Source: Takakia lepidozioides (Eukaryota; Plantae; Bryophyta). Taken from it: a stretch of 64,000 bases of DNA. The first letter of the stretch is position 1, and every line of letters begins with the position of its first letter. Where the stretch lies: NCBI GenBank assembly GCA_030704615.1, contig CM060733.1:21204001-21268000 (forward strand), read 5' to 3'. Below the pieces are notes generated by a model. That model worked only from the letters and a program-made list of their open reading frames with translations. It was not told the DNA's origin and did not search any database. Both the position numbers and the translations under genes were made by a program. Shown piece by piece: positions 52,591-64,000 of this stretch.

Positions 52591-52926
52591 TCAAGATAGG
52601 ACGGCAAGGATATCGGACACCCGCAGAACGACAAACTGAACGCCATCCTTGTTCTTGAATTTGTTGCCTGCATACTTCGAGTACAGTACCGTGTTGCCTG
52701 GGGTCCCTTCCAAAGGCTTTATCTCCCCATCTTCTCCGTATGTCCCTGAGGCAATCACTGTTCCAATCACAGGCTTCTCCTTTGAGCTGTCCGTCAATAG
52801 AACACCACCAGCTGTCTTTGACTCAGACTCAGTCACCTGAATGAGCACCCAGTCATTCAGTAGTGGCAAATCCTTGATGTCATCTGTCGATAGCAGACCC
52901 ACACTATCATCCTCCTTCAGTAACAA
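52591..52926 (-). pseudogene. CPN20: Chloroplast 20-kDa co-chaperonin, C-terminal half, intronless and 5'-truncated
   Basis: LLKEDD.VGLLSTDDIKDL linker followed by a GroES domain (KTAGGVLLT..SKEKP.IGTVIA.G, VLYSKYAGN.F, DILAVLS*). Conserved PL.DRV altered to LLNDWV; cut at ~52927 by a repeat. Confidence 0.85.
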
Positions 52927-53279
52927 GTCCTGGGTTGGTACGTGAGCACAAACCCACGGTCACAGGGGTTTTATGTTTTTAAACCGCGGTCACAGGAGTT
53001 CTATGTTTTCAAAACGGAATTAAACCATTGGCGGATATAGAGACACGGTGCATTTACAGGGTTTCTATGCCTATTTCTGTCCTAAGCCCAAAACCCTAAT
53101 GCGAAATAGGCACCCATAATGTATATCTACAAGCTCCAAGTTCCACATATCTAGAGTTTTGGTATTCTACAAAAGAGTAACACATTAGGAAAAAACAAAG
53201 TCACAATAACCAACACTATCCAAAACACACAAATATCGAACAATAGTTGACAATTTAATATAATGAGGCAAACAACGGG

Positions 53280-53505
53280 TTTCGTTAACGAAAAAAAATC
53301 AAGGTATCGAGTTTCGCCAGTGAAATAATGGATTTTGTCAGCAAAATATTGGATTTTTCCATCGAAATATTGGGTTTCGTCGACGAAATTTCCAGGTATC
53401 GCTGCGTAGGTCATTATCATATGGTTTCGTGGGCGAAATCAAATGTGTTGTGTTTGGTTTTGCATATAAGAGACGACGTGAGATTATTTAATTTCGCTAA
53501 CGAAT
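53280..53505. repeat. Array of 14-bp palindromes TTTCG-N4-CGAAA
   Basis: Copies or variants at 53280, 53312, 53333, 53354, 53375, ~53424 and 53492; four are spaced exactly 21 bp apart. Confidence 0.75.
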
Positions 53506-54210
53506 TTATTATGTGCTTGCGTACAAAAATAAAAACCACGGAAATAGGGTGTCTGTCCATACTCATGACTCATTTTGTGCCTATTTCTCCAGTGTCTATT
53601 TATTTTCGTGTGGTTTGTGCTCACGTAAGCACAAGTCTGCTCTTGAGGACAAATTACACATTTTAGTTTCGCTAGGCATCTTTTCAAGAATATTCTAGGA
53701 ATTTCTGGTATATCTTCTGCTCACATGAGCCTGCTCACATGCTACCCAACCTCTCACAATTGAATTCCACCTCGGTGCCCGCATACTTGGAGTAAACAAT
53801 CTGGGACCCAGTTTACACATAAAGCTCGAGTTTTTTCTCGCTAATGGTTTTTCCCTCACCTACAGCCACCACTTCGCCACCTGCGGAACACCTCAAAGGA
53901 GAGGTACAGCCACCGCTTATGTTAAAAGCAACCCTATCTCAGAGTACTGGACACTGGACCAACACACCATATACGGTCTAGGTAACCAACGAGAGGCCAT
54001 GACTTACCGCATGTAGCTGAGGCACGATATCGTCGAAGCTGCAGGCGGTAACCCGTGGCCTCGAGGCGGTTACCTGACATAACCGGTTTTTCGAAACATC
54101 AAGAGTGACAGTCCATACCATGTAATATATGACGTGTCAGTTGTTGTTTGGTACCTACCCACCTAACTTCCTTGATTCTAAACGTGCGTTTCCCTCACTT
54201 CTCTTGTACA

Positions 54211-55760
54211 GGTTTTTTGATCAGTGCCGTGTGAGAGCGTCGCGAGGTCCTGGTGTAGATACCAGGAGTTACAGGAAGCGTCCAGCTGCTGTTGATGATG
54301 CGCCAAGTTTTTCGCTCATTCCTGATATTCAATCACAAGATATTGCTAAACCAGTGTCTAAAAGGAAGCGCAGGAGAATGTACCGTGTGTTGGCGAATCT
54401 GCAGTTCGACCTCTGGGTTGATTAACGAGGATCCGAATTCTTTATTGATCGATTGTACCTTTATCGCTCATGATCCCGAGGTACGTTTGCGAAGGTGAAT
54501 TTGCCCTCAACTGTTCATGGTCATGTTACTCCTGGTGAAGAGGGTCTTATTCTTGATTTTGTTGAATTGTCTGATTCAGCTTCTGTCGTAGAAGCGTTGT
54601 TCAATGAATCTAATGCGCAGCCTCAAATTGAAGAGACTTTTATTCAGGCTGATGAGAATCGGGAGCCTATTCGACCTAGTGCTAAGTTTCTACCAATTGA
54701 TGAAGATGACTATAAGAGCATTGTCCATGATCTTGTTCGCCCTAGCGCTAAGAACGAATCCTGGGCTATCAAGAAATTTAATGTGTGGCGTGTTTACATG
54801 AAATTGGTTGCTACCGTCAAGATTGAGGACCTGCCTCTAAAATACTTTGCTGAGATGCTAGTTTTTTCTGATGTTGTGTAAAGATAGAGGTAACCGATAC
54901 CCGCTAGTGTCATGAATATGTACCATTCATTCAACCATCCGCTTAAGGCAGCTCGAGAGCAACGGATGATCCAAACTGGGATCACTGAACCTGAGTTCTG
55001 TATGAAAAAACATCCTTATTTTTAGCTACAAACGAAGGTGTCAATAAAAGCAGACGAAAGTGGATGGGTTGACATGGGAGGAAGAGGTGCTGATATTCAG
55101 TCACGAGCTGCATCAGGTCACTACTCTCCACTTGGTCTACAGATGCACTTCTCATACTATTGTTTTGTAGTATTTCTGATTCAGGGAAATATCGAGTTGT
55201 ACAATCTTATTGTTAGTGACTTCATTGTTGGTGCTGATGAGGACGGCCAACCTTATCTGAAGTACGATGAACGATTATAAAAAAACTACAAGGTTTCTCT
55301 AGATTGTTTTCAAGATGAGCATTTCCGACCTGCTGTGATATCTCACGATCAGGATGTGTTGCACACATGGCACTATTTGATGGCTCATATTATGCATGAA
55401 GGTTGTGAGGACGGCCATTTGTTTCTATCTATAAAACATAGCTCTCGGGATACAATTTGGTATAAGAAGAACATCGATTTGTGGTGAAGGCTTTATGCGG
55501 AATTGGATGCGGAACATGGCCAAAAACGTGGGAATGGAAGGTGACATCACAAATTGATCTGGAAGAGTTACCAGTATCACCCGAATGGTTGCTGCTAATG
55601 TTCCTGTAGAGGTTATAGGGTTGCTTACTGGTCACAGACAGTTGAAGACGTTGGACAGATACGATCGGACAAAAGAGCTGAAAGCATGAGCTGCTCAAGG
55701 TGCACCATATAATGAGAATACTGGAAACACTAAGAATTATCATGATCATTTGAATATGAC
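54211..55760 (+). mobile_element. Crypton-like (DUF3504-type) tyrosine recombinase pseudogene
   Basis: Across frameshifts: WAIKKFNVWR; GNRYP.SV; SPLGLQ...FLIQGNIEL..L..SDF; YLKYDERL*KNYK; LFL...IWYK; ITN*SGRVTSITRM....VP.EVI..LTGHRQLKTLDRY, i.e. the YR catalytic order R..K..xxR..H..Y. No RT in the same orientation. Confidence 0.75.
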
Positions 55761-55949
55761 CCTGGGACACTAGAGATTGGTGGCAAACTTGCTTTTAAGT
55801 CATATTTCAAACCTTCAAAACATAGGTCACGAGTCCTTTGAAGTTGGACGAGAATGTTCTAATATTGTCTTCAATCATCTATCTCAACTTCTGCTAGACC
55901 TTCTGATGGGATTGTTCCTTACCGACCTCAAATTAATAGAATTGTTCAT

Positions 55950-58435
55950 ATGAATGAGATCCATGGAAAAAGTGAGCATGCCTCTAGTTCCCAATTCCAG
56001 CGTCCTGGGTACATATCGGACTTGATCAATATTGATAGATCGAAGCTCTCTGTTCCTTGAAATTCAGAGACCCACGTAGTAGTCTGTTGGTTTTGCTGTG
56101 ACCTCAAAGAAATTTCTAAGATGTGTGACCACATCATCAAGTTTGCGTTTATCAACACACCCTGCCAGTCCATAATAAACGAAGATAATGACAAACAGCT
56201 TCGGTGATGTTTGAGTACTATAATATATACAATGATCGGCTGAACATGCTTTGAGATTATATTTCACCAAAACATATGAAACTTGATGTTCCATTGGTGC
56301 AGTCTTGCATGAGATCATAGATACTCTTGAGTAACTGCAGACATTTTGCTCAGCTCTTTTCTGCTCGAAACCCTTGGGCTGAATCATATATATCTCCTCA
56401 TTTAGCTCCCCATGTAGAATGGCAGTATTAATGTCGAACCATATCCTCTTATGCTGCTATGTCCAAGATAGTCCGAATAGACTCAAACTTCATGACTAGC
56501 GCAAAAGTCTCGCTATAATCAATTCCATGTTCTTGCGTAAAACCTTTGGCAATGACCCTGGCCTTGAATTGCTGAATTGATCCAAATCCTGATTGGGTTT
56601 GATTTTATACACCCATTTACACTTGACGGGTTTGCGATTGGGCGGTAAGTCAACCAAATACCATGTTGCGTTCTTTAGCAGTGAATTGTATTCTTCATGC
56701 ATCGCAGCTGTCCATTCCGCACGATATTCTGATTCAACAGCTTCCTCATAAGTCTCTGGTTCATCATGGACCTGCATGATAGACTCGGTGAGGAACACAA
56801 ATGAAGAATGTGTCATTTTATTTGTAGCCAAATCACCAATATAGTATCATGGTGCTCTTCGTGTAATTCGTTGTTCTTGCAACACTGTTTCAACACTAGA
56901 TGTTCCTTGGTTATGATTCTCTTCAATATCAATTAATCCAAGGTCAACATGAATATTAACTCCAAGCTCTGATGCAACAGGGTTTGCAACTCCCACTGCT
57001 TCTTACACATCTCCCACTCAGTTGGGTTACTCCCACTGATACATCTCCCATCATTTCAAGATTGTCTTCCACTGATTCAATAGATTGTGCAGGTTCAGAT
57101 ATTGTAGAATCTCCAACTAATGGAATAAAAATACAGCTGCGATCTGTGTCCTCCTTTGCGTCAATGGGCGTCAATTGGCAGACTCATGAGATTGTCACCC
57201 TCATCAAATATCACGTCACGGTTGATAATGATTCTCTTTTTGTCTTGACTCCAGAGTCTATATGCCTTTGACTCAGCACAATATCCACAAACGTACAGAC
57301 CAAACTCTTTGAGTCCATCTTTTTGTGAAGCTCCTTAGAAATGGACATTATAAAATAAGCTAGGCTTCCAAAAACTCTAGGATGACTCAAATCAGGAACA
57401 TGTCTACACCATGCTTGCAAAGGTGTATGTTGTTCCTACTCAGTTCAGAATGTAAACGGCTGTGGTTATAGCCTCTCCCCATGAATGCAGACCTAAACCT
57501 TTTGCATGCAGCACATTCAACAATAGTCCGGTTTTCTCTCTCAGACACCCCGTTGAGCGTATCAGGCGCCGTGAGTTCTTGACGAATTCCAGCCTCTGCT
57601 GGATATTCCTTAGTCCTCAAACATTTTGCTTGTAAACTCTCCACCCTTATTTGTCCAGAACTTGACTATATCGTTGCCAGTCTTTTTTTTTTTTACTCTT
57701 CTCTCATTTTCTTGAAAGACTCAAATGCATCACTCTTTGACTTAAATGCAATAAAGAATCCTGTAACCACTATGATCATCTTTGAACAATACATAGTATA
57801 GAGCACCCCCTAGAGACGATATATTCATGGGACCACAAATGTCTACATGGTAGCATTTCCCAGGTTCCTTAACTCTCTCCATCTCTTCATGAGTTGGAAA
57901 ACTCTTTCTAAGTACTGTTCTTACCAAAAGCACACCTAGCGCAAACCATAGGCTTTGTGTCTTTTGTTGTCATTTGTAGACCAGTGACAAACCCTACTCT
58001 CCCCATTTTCTTAATAGTATCAAGACTGGCATGACCAAGGCGATTATGCTAGTTCCGTGAATTCAGTACAGCCTTGGATGATTTTTCTTCAGCTACAGGA
58101 TCTGTATTACAGCTTGGAGTCATAGATGAAATGGCTGGCGATAGATCTTTGTTTTCAACACATTTGCCTCACAGACTTTGATCTGCATATGCCACATCTG
58201 ACCTTCCTTTACCCCACTTGTGATCAATCTGCCTTCTGCACTCTGAGTATAAAGTTTGCAACTCGTCATTGCAACTATGCCTTTCTCCGTCATTTGTGCT
58301 ACGGACAACAAATTCTTCCGAAGCTTTGGCACATAAGGTGCAAACACCTAAATGTGTGTGTGACCTTAAATGGACCCCTATATTTGTGAGCAAATGTGAC
58401 TGATGAAGTCCTTAAATGGATGCATTATTTTCATT
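55950..58435 (-). mobile_element. Ty1/copia internal remnant (protease/GAG-pre-integrase, integrase, RT); no LTRs seen
   Basis: YVPKLRKNLLSV; HVDICGPM..SLGGALYYVLFKDD; NGVSERENRTIVE; EPETYEEA..W..AM.EEYNSL.KN.TW.LV.LP..RKPV.CKWVYK; QPKGFE. IN precedes RT; many disablements. Confidence 0.9.
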
Positions 58436-58863
58436 GGTTGGTTTTAGGTTCATCAAGGGAGAGGTCCTTATATATAGGGATATGGTTGTGACTTGTATTG
58501 TACAATATTTTGTTATTAATGTATGCTCCATATGATGGTTAATAGCAAAGCTGGAGGTTAACTATAAACATGATTTGCACGCCTTAATCACTTATTAAAA
58601 CAAGTTTAGGGTGGATTTGGGAAGGATAGCGTAATAGCCATATGACGGCTGCTCCAATTAAATGTAGTGGCTGCTCCAATTAAGCAGAGTGGCTGCTCAT
58701 TTCAAAATGGGCCCGCCTACCATTCAAACTCTCATACCAAGTATAACACGGGCCCACTGGCCACAAATCAGATGTGCAAGGGTTCCACTCTGCAATCCGT
58801 AAGAGTTCCATGAGTGTAGCAATTCAGATATTTTCACATTTCCACCTGTAGAGTTTCACCACC

Positions 58864-59403
58864 ATGCATCTAGATTTCAGACTTTCGCAGGCTTTCAGGT
58901 TGCTACCGGATACCGACGAGGATGTGGCTTATGACAAGACACAGATAGAGAGCCATTCCAGCGATGAATCTGATGAGAGACAAAATTACAACGACAGGCA
59001 TTCACATGAGGGTAGTCAGAGTGATGAAGGTGAGAAAGATGTCAACTTTCAGTGGGCCCAAGATCCATGGGATCACAGTGTACAGTTCTCAGTTGGGCAG
59101 GGTTCTGAAGATGCTAACTTACGTGAACGTCTAGTTGAGAATCGATCTACAAATGAAGAGCGTGTGTCAGTGGACCAGACCTCCAATGACAACACTACTG
59201 CACCTGCACCTGCTCGAAATTGGGGTGGGAGACCCCAAAAAGCTCCAAGGCAACGTAAAAATGGGAACTGGTCAAACGAGGCATTAGCTGGTGCCATGGC
59301 AACCATGGATCGGGGAGAACACTTGAGAGCAGCTTCAAGGATATTCAGAATACCTGCCTCTAGCCTTCGGAATCATGTGTATGGGGTCAAGAACCACACT
59401 TAG
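58864..59403 (+). mobile_element. pogo/Tc1-mariner-type transposase N-terminal fragment (psq/CENP-B N HTH)
   Basis: NWSNEALAGAM....GEHLRAASRIFRIPASSLRNHVYG; truncated before any DDE domain. Confidence 0.65.
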
Positions 59404-59429
59404 AAGAGGCACCAAGGGCACGTTGCACT

Positions 59430-59790
59430 ACTACAGATTAATGTTTTTATGACTACGGGTGATATAAACCTTGGTAATCATGACTATATGTGTGACTACG
59501 AAACGATGAAACCCATTCTTGGACGAATTTTAATATATTTTAATCTAATGTAGTCATACGTTTTACTACATGACTAGGAGCCGCGGTCAAACAGTGTTGA
59601 CCAAGAACATAGGCTTGGTTTATATAACTAGTAGTCATACGCAATACTACACGTCAGACACGTGCCACATAAGCTTATGACTAAATGACTACACCACTAC
59701 TACACATTGATGACATGCCATATAAGCTTATGACTACATGACTACTGGAGGTTTCACATCTCTGTTTCTATGATTACATCACTACATGTG
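59430..59790. repeat. ATGACTA/TAGTCAT-rich repeat tract, probable TE subterminal region
   Basis: Repeated (A)TGACTA(C) motifs in both orientations; duplicated TGCCA.ATAAGCTTATGACTA. Confidence 0.45.
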
Positions 59791-60101
59791 GCATCTTAAG
59801 GCATATACATGAATGGGTTCATCCATTGGATGACCTCATCCATCTATCTTTAACGAAGCACTTGTCATATGTGAACATGTGTCCATTTGATATTGGCAAA
59901 ATATTGGACCTGGAGCTCGAAGCAGTTTGCAGTTTCACTATGTAGTGGCGTGGGCAAATATCACGAAGTAGTAAGTAGCATACTTCATTGAGTCATGCAG
60001 TTTGCAGACTTCGAATTGACTTGTAACCGTCGTCCCTGTTTGCAGTTTTCAAGTGTACATTTGATACATTCCCCCTTCATGACATTGGTCGAGTTCTTTT
60101 A

Positions 60102-60358
60102 GTGATGCTGAAGCCGGACAAGGTCACAATTGGTTGCGTTTGCAATGAATGTGCGAGCTTCGTAGCCGTGAAATTGGATAGCCTCAAAATGGGAATAGTA
60201 CGAGAGGTATTTGTTCTAAACTCTACCTGGGTGGACATGTATTTTGAATGTGGTAGCATCAAGGATGACAAGGGAGTGTTCAATGATATGGCCGAACAAG
60301 ATGTGGTGTCTTGGAATGCAATGATCGCAGGATATGCCCAGCATGGTTGTCATAGGAG
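60102..60358 (+). pseudogene. PLS-class PPR fragment
   Basis: KPDKVT..CV.N.CAS; VDMYFECGSIKD..VFNDMAEQDVVSWNAMIAGYAQHG; isolated and degenerate. Confidence 0.75.
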
Positions 60359-60818
60359 GGAGTCCCTACAAGTAATTATAGGCATTCACTATGTCATTTC
60401 CCCAAAAACCACCAACTACCGAGGGCGGCGGTACCTCCATTCTCTTCTCCTCTCTCCCCGTTTGTCGAGGGTTTTCGCCATGTAAGAGTCTGTTCATACC
60501 AGTGCATGGTTCTCCCGTTCTAATTCCACAGTGAGAATAGAGGCATCTTATGTCAAGAGAGGTAGGGGCAAATTTACTTTGGCAATGATGATGGCCTAGA
60601 TGAAAAATATGGATTGTTGCTGGTGCCAGCTCTAGAGGTCTGTCAGTTGTGGACAAGGAGGATTGATATGCGATTGATATGCCTCCAGTAGCATGCCATA
60701 TTCTCTGTTTCACTGTAGGCAACAACCCAAGGCCCATCTGATGCCAAGCTGCCCCATTTAATCTAGCCCTAAACCACATAGTTCCCTTTCAAACCTTCTG
60801 TCAGCAAAGGAGTGGGCC

Positions 60819-63800
60819 GTGGAGCAGACACACGAGCCCCAGTTTTTGCTTTACATTAGAGAAGTGAAAGAAGAAGGCGATGGGGAGCCGAGCCCAGATT
60901 GGATCAAGGGGATTTTGGAGAAATACCAGGATGTGATGCCGGAGGATTTACCAAGCGGCTTGCCACCGCGAAGAGGAGTTGACCACAAGATTGAGGTGAT
61001 ACCGAGATCGGAACCGCCTGCCAAGGCGCCCTACCGGTTGAGCCACAGAGAGTTGGTCGAGCTGAAGACTCAGCTCAAGGATCTAATGTCAAAGGGGTAC
61101 ATCCGGCCGAGTAAGTCACCTTACGGAGTCCCGGTGCTATTTGCAGACAAGAAGGATGGGACGCTGCGGATATGTGTCGATTACAGGGCTCTGAATAAGG
61201 TGACTATAAAAAACCGGTACCCTTTGCCAAGGATCGACGACCTCTTCGATCGGTTGGCAGGAGCGAAGTATTTCAGCCGGATCGACTTACGCTCCGGCTA
61301 TCACCAAATTCGGGTGGCGGAAGGAGACGAGGAGAAGACCGCGTGCAGGACAAGGTATGGTTCATATGAGTTCTTGGTGATGCCTTTTGGGCTCACCAAT
61401 GCACCAACGACATTTAGCACGCTGATGAACAGCCTTTTCCAGGAGTGGTTGGATGACTTTGTGATCGTGTACATCGACGACATCTTGGTGTACTCGAAAA
61501 CAAAGGAGGAGCACCTGGAGCACCTCAAAAGGGTGTTCCAAAAATTGCGAGAAGGGAAGCTGTATGCCAAAGCTTCAAAGTGCGAATTCGGGATCACAAA
61601 AGTGGAGTTCCTGGGGCATGTGATTACACAGGATGGGATCAAAATGGATGATAGAAAGGTGAGGGCGATCTTGGACTGGGAGCCTCCGACTTCGGTCCCG
61701 GGAGTGCGATCCTTCCTAGGACTCGCCTCCTATTACCGGAAGTATGTGAGAAATTTCGCCAAGATCGCGGGGCCGCTGTCGGACCTTCTGTGTAATCCAA
61801 AGTCTGGATATGGAACACCTTTTGTGGCCAAGCTTTTGCTGAATTGAAGCAGCGGATGGCGGAAGCTCCAGTCTTGAAAATCCCGGAGTTCGATCGTCCA
61901 TTTGAGATTCATACAGATGCGTCGGACTTCGCGATTGGGGGTGTACTTATGCAAGATGGACGTCCAGTGGCTTACGAAAGTAAGAAACTAAATGAAGTGG
62001 AGCGACGGTGGCCGACGCACGAAAAAGAGATAAAGGCGGTGGTGCATTGCCTTGAGCTTTGGCGCCACTATGTTGGTTCCAACCCAGTGAAGGTGTTCAC
62101 GGACAATGTCACGGTGAAGTATTTTGCCACGCAGCCCAAGTTGTCCCCAAAACAACTTAGGTGGCAAGATACTTTGGCGGTGTTCGACGTGGATATCCAG
62201 TACAAACCGGGACGGGACAATGTGGTGGCCGATGCTTTAAGTAGAAAGCAGCAGCTCTTGTTGGTGTACAAGGGCGAGACGGCGCTCCAAAGGAATATCC
62301 GGAAGGCTTGCCGGAAGGATGAGCTGGCAAAGTCCGTGATGCAGGACTTGAGAATGGGGGTTAAATCGCAGTTCCACTTGCAAAATGGGTTGCTCCGGTA
62401 TAAGCAAAAGCGTCTCTACGTGCCGAAGGGAGGGATCAGAGATAGCCTCTTGAGAGAATGCCATGATAGCCCGCTTGCGGGCCACGGCGGAGCCAAACGC
62501 ACTGCGGCACTCCTGAAGAAAGAGTATTTCTGGCCCAAACTGAGGGAGGAGGTAGAGGAGTATGTCAAAACATGCACCACATGCCAACATAACCGGAGCG
62601 AGTACAAAAAGCAAGCGGGGCTGTTACAACCCTTGCCGATTCCAGAGGGGACTTGGGAAAGCGTCTCGATGGATTTCATGACTGCTATGCCGCTGTCAAA
62701 AGGATTCGATGCAATCATGGTGGTGGTGGATAGGTTCAGTAAAATAGGCCATTTCATCCCCACTAAGGAGACGGCAACGGCGCAGGAGACATGGCGACTT
62801 TACTTCGCCCACGTCTTAAAGCATCATGGAGTCCCGAAGGATATTGTCTCGGATCGCGATCCAAAGTTTACGAGTAAATTTTGGAGGACACTTTGGAAGA
62901 AGATGGGGACGAGGCTGAAGATGAGCACCGCCTTCCGACCTACGACGGACGGCCAAATGGAAAGAGTGAATTCCGTAGTGAAGCAATTTTTGCGGAATTA
63001 CGTGTCGGCAGACCAATCAGACTGGATGGAACACTTAGACGTGGCAGAGTTCTGTTATAATAACACAGAACACTCCGCAACGGGAGTTTTCCCTTTCGTA
63101 TTGGTCTATGGAAAAGCACCTCTGGTGCCGACAAGTTGGGCCGCCCAGGACGTTGAGGAACCGGCAGTAGCGGCGGTACTGGAAGAACGCGAGCGTTTGT
63201 TGAAGCTCGCAAAGTACAATATTGCCAAAGCTAGGAAACGGTATGAAAGGCAGGCGAATCGGAAGCGGAGGGAAGTGAAGTTTGAGGCAGGCACAGAGGT
63301 CTGGTTGAACATCAAGAATTTTCGACTACCTCCGGAAGTGAATCAGAAGTTCGTACCTCCGTATGCGGGACCATTTCGCATTCGGAAGGTTATGAATGAG
63401 GATGTGTATGAATTGGAGCTGCCGGCAAACAGCAAGGTGCACCCAGTATTCCATGTCTCCCTTTTGAAACCTTACTTCAAAGATGAAGCGCGTCCGAATC
63501 GGCATCAAGTGTTGCGTCCGCCACCTATGCTATTGGATCATGAAAATGAACCTGAGTACGAGGTGGAGGCAATACTTAAGTCGAGGAGGTTCAGGAACCG
63601 AGAAACGAAGTATCTCGTCAAATGGAAGGGCTATCATCATGTGGAGGCATCTTGGGTGCGTGCCTCAGAAATGGGAAACACATCCGAGGCGGTTGCAGCT
63701 TTCGAAGGGCGACCTCAAAAGCGGAAGAAGCGTTGATAGGGACATCAACCTTGGAGCGTGGGGGAGGAAATGCATGCTTAGCCCGGTTTAGCTAGCTCAG

Positions 63801-64000
63801 GAATCCGGTTGCAAAAACTTGTATTATACAAAAAAATTGTTATAAAGGAAATGGGTTCCAAATATTGTGCGTCCTATTGTGTTTGGAATGGTGATGCATG
63901 GTGTGGTTGGCTAGTGTGTAGAATGCATGCTAGCTTACAAAAGTGGGAGAGGTAAATTGGGTTAATCGTATATTTGCGCAGTGCCGAAATCGGGTGACTC
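60819..64000 (+). mobile_element. Ty3/gypsy chromovirus (Galadriel/Tcn1-like): RT-RNaseH-IN-chromodomain, PPT, start of 3' LTR; gag/PR absent
   Basis: [34 protein letters not shown] and DDE integrase, GPF motif, chromodomain EYEVEAIL...YLVKWKGY...ASW. One frameshift near 61795; PPT GGGGGAGGAAA (63760-63770) followed by TG at 63771. Confidence 0.95.

Noticed and set aside
54211-58435. DIRS-type element (YR plus adjacent RT)
   Set aside because: The adjacent RT is Copia-type, on the opposite strand, with its own DDE integrase.
61790-61850. Programmed frameshift in Gypsy pol
   Set aside because: It falls between RT and RNase H with no slippery heptamer; a simple indel is more likely.

Overview
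Nuclear DNA of a land plant, probably seed-free (spliceosomal introns, XTH genes, PLS/DYW-type PPR genes implying organellar RNA editing). The window is dominated by nested, decaying transposons. Host content: two intact four-exon XTH genes, intronless SERF and CPN20 copies (probable retrocopies), an At4g21190-like PPR pseudogene, a PPR-DYW pseudogene and an unnamed gene with TPR-like repeats. Mobile content: two hAT-type non-autonomous elements with 8-bp TSDs, a CACTA transposase remnant, two L1-like LINEs, a tRNA-derived SINE family, Copia and chromoviral Gypsy remnants, a pogo-like HTH fragment and a ~16-kb cargo element (C2H2, RING, Ulp1-like). Two things stand out. (1) A 4.4-kb Mutator-like element (26883-31291, TSD GCACATGA) carries a spliced, prokaryote-type N4/N6 amino-DNA-methyltransferase-like gene divergent from its transposase, with a hairpin array between them. 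(2) A degraded Crypton/DUF3504-type tyrosine recombinase (54211-55760) lies downstream of a 21-bp-periodic palindrome array. All family assignments come from manual motif recognition; no searches were run.
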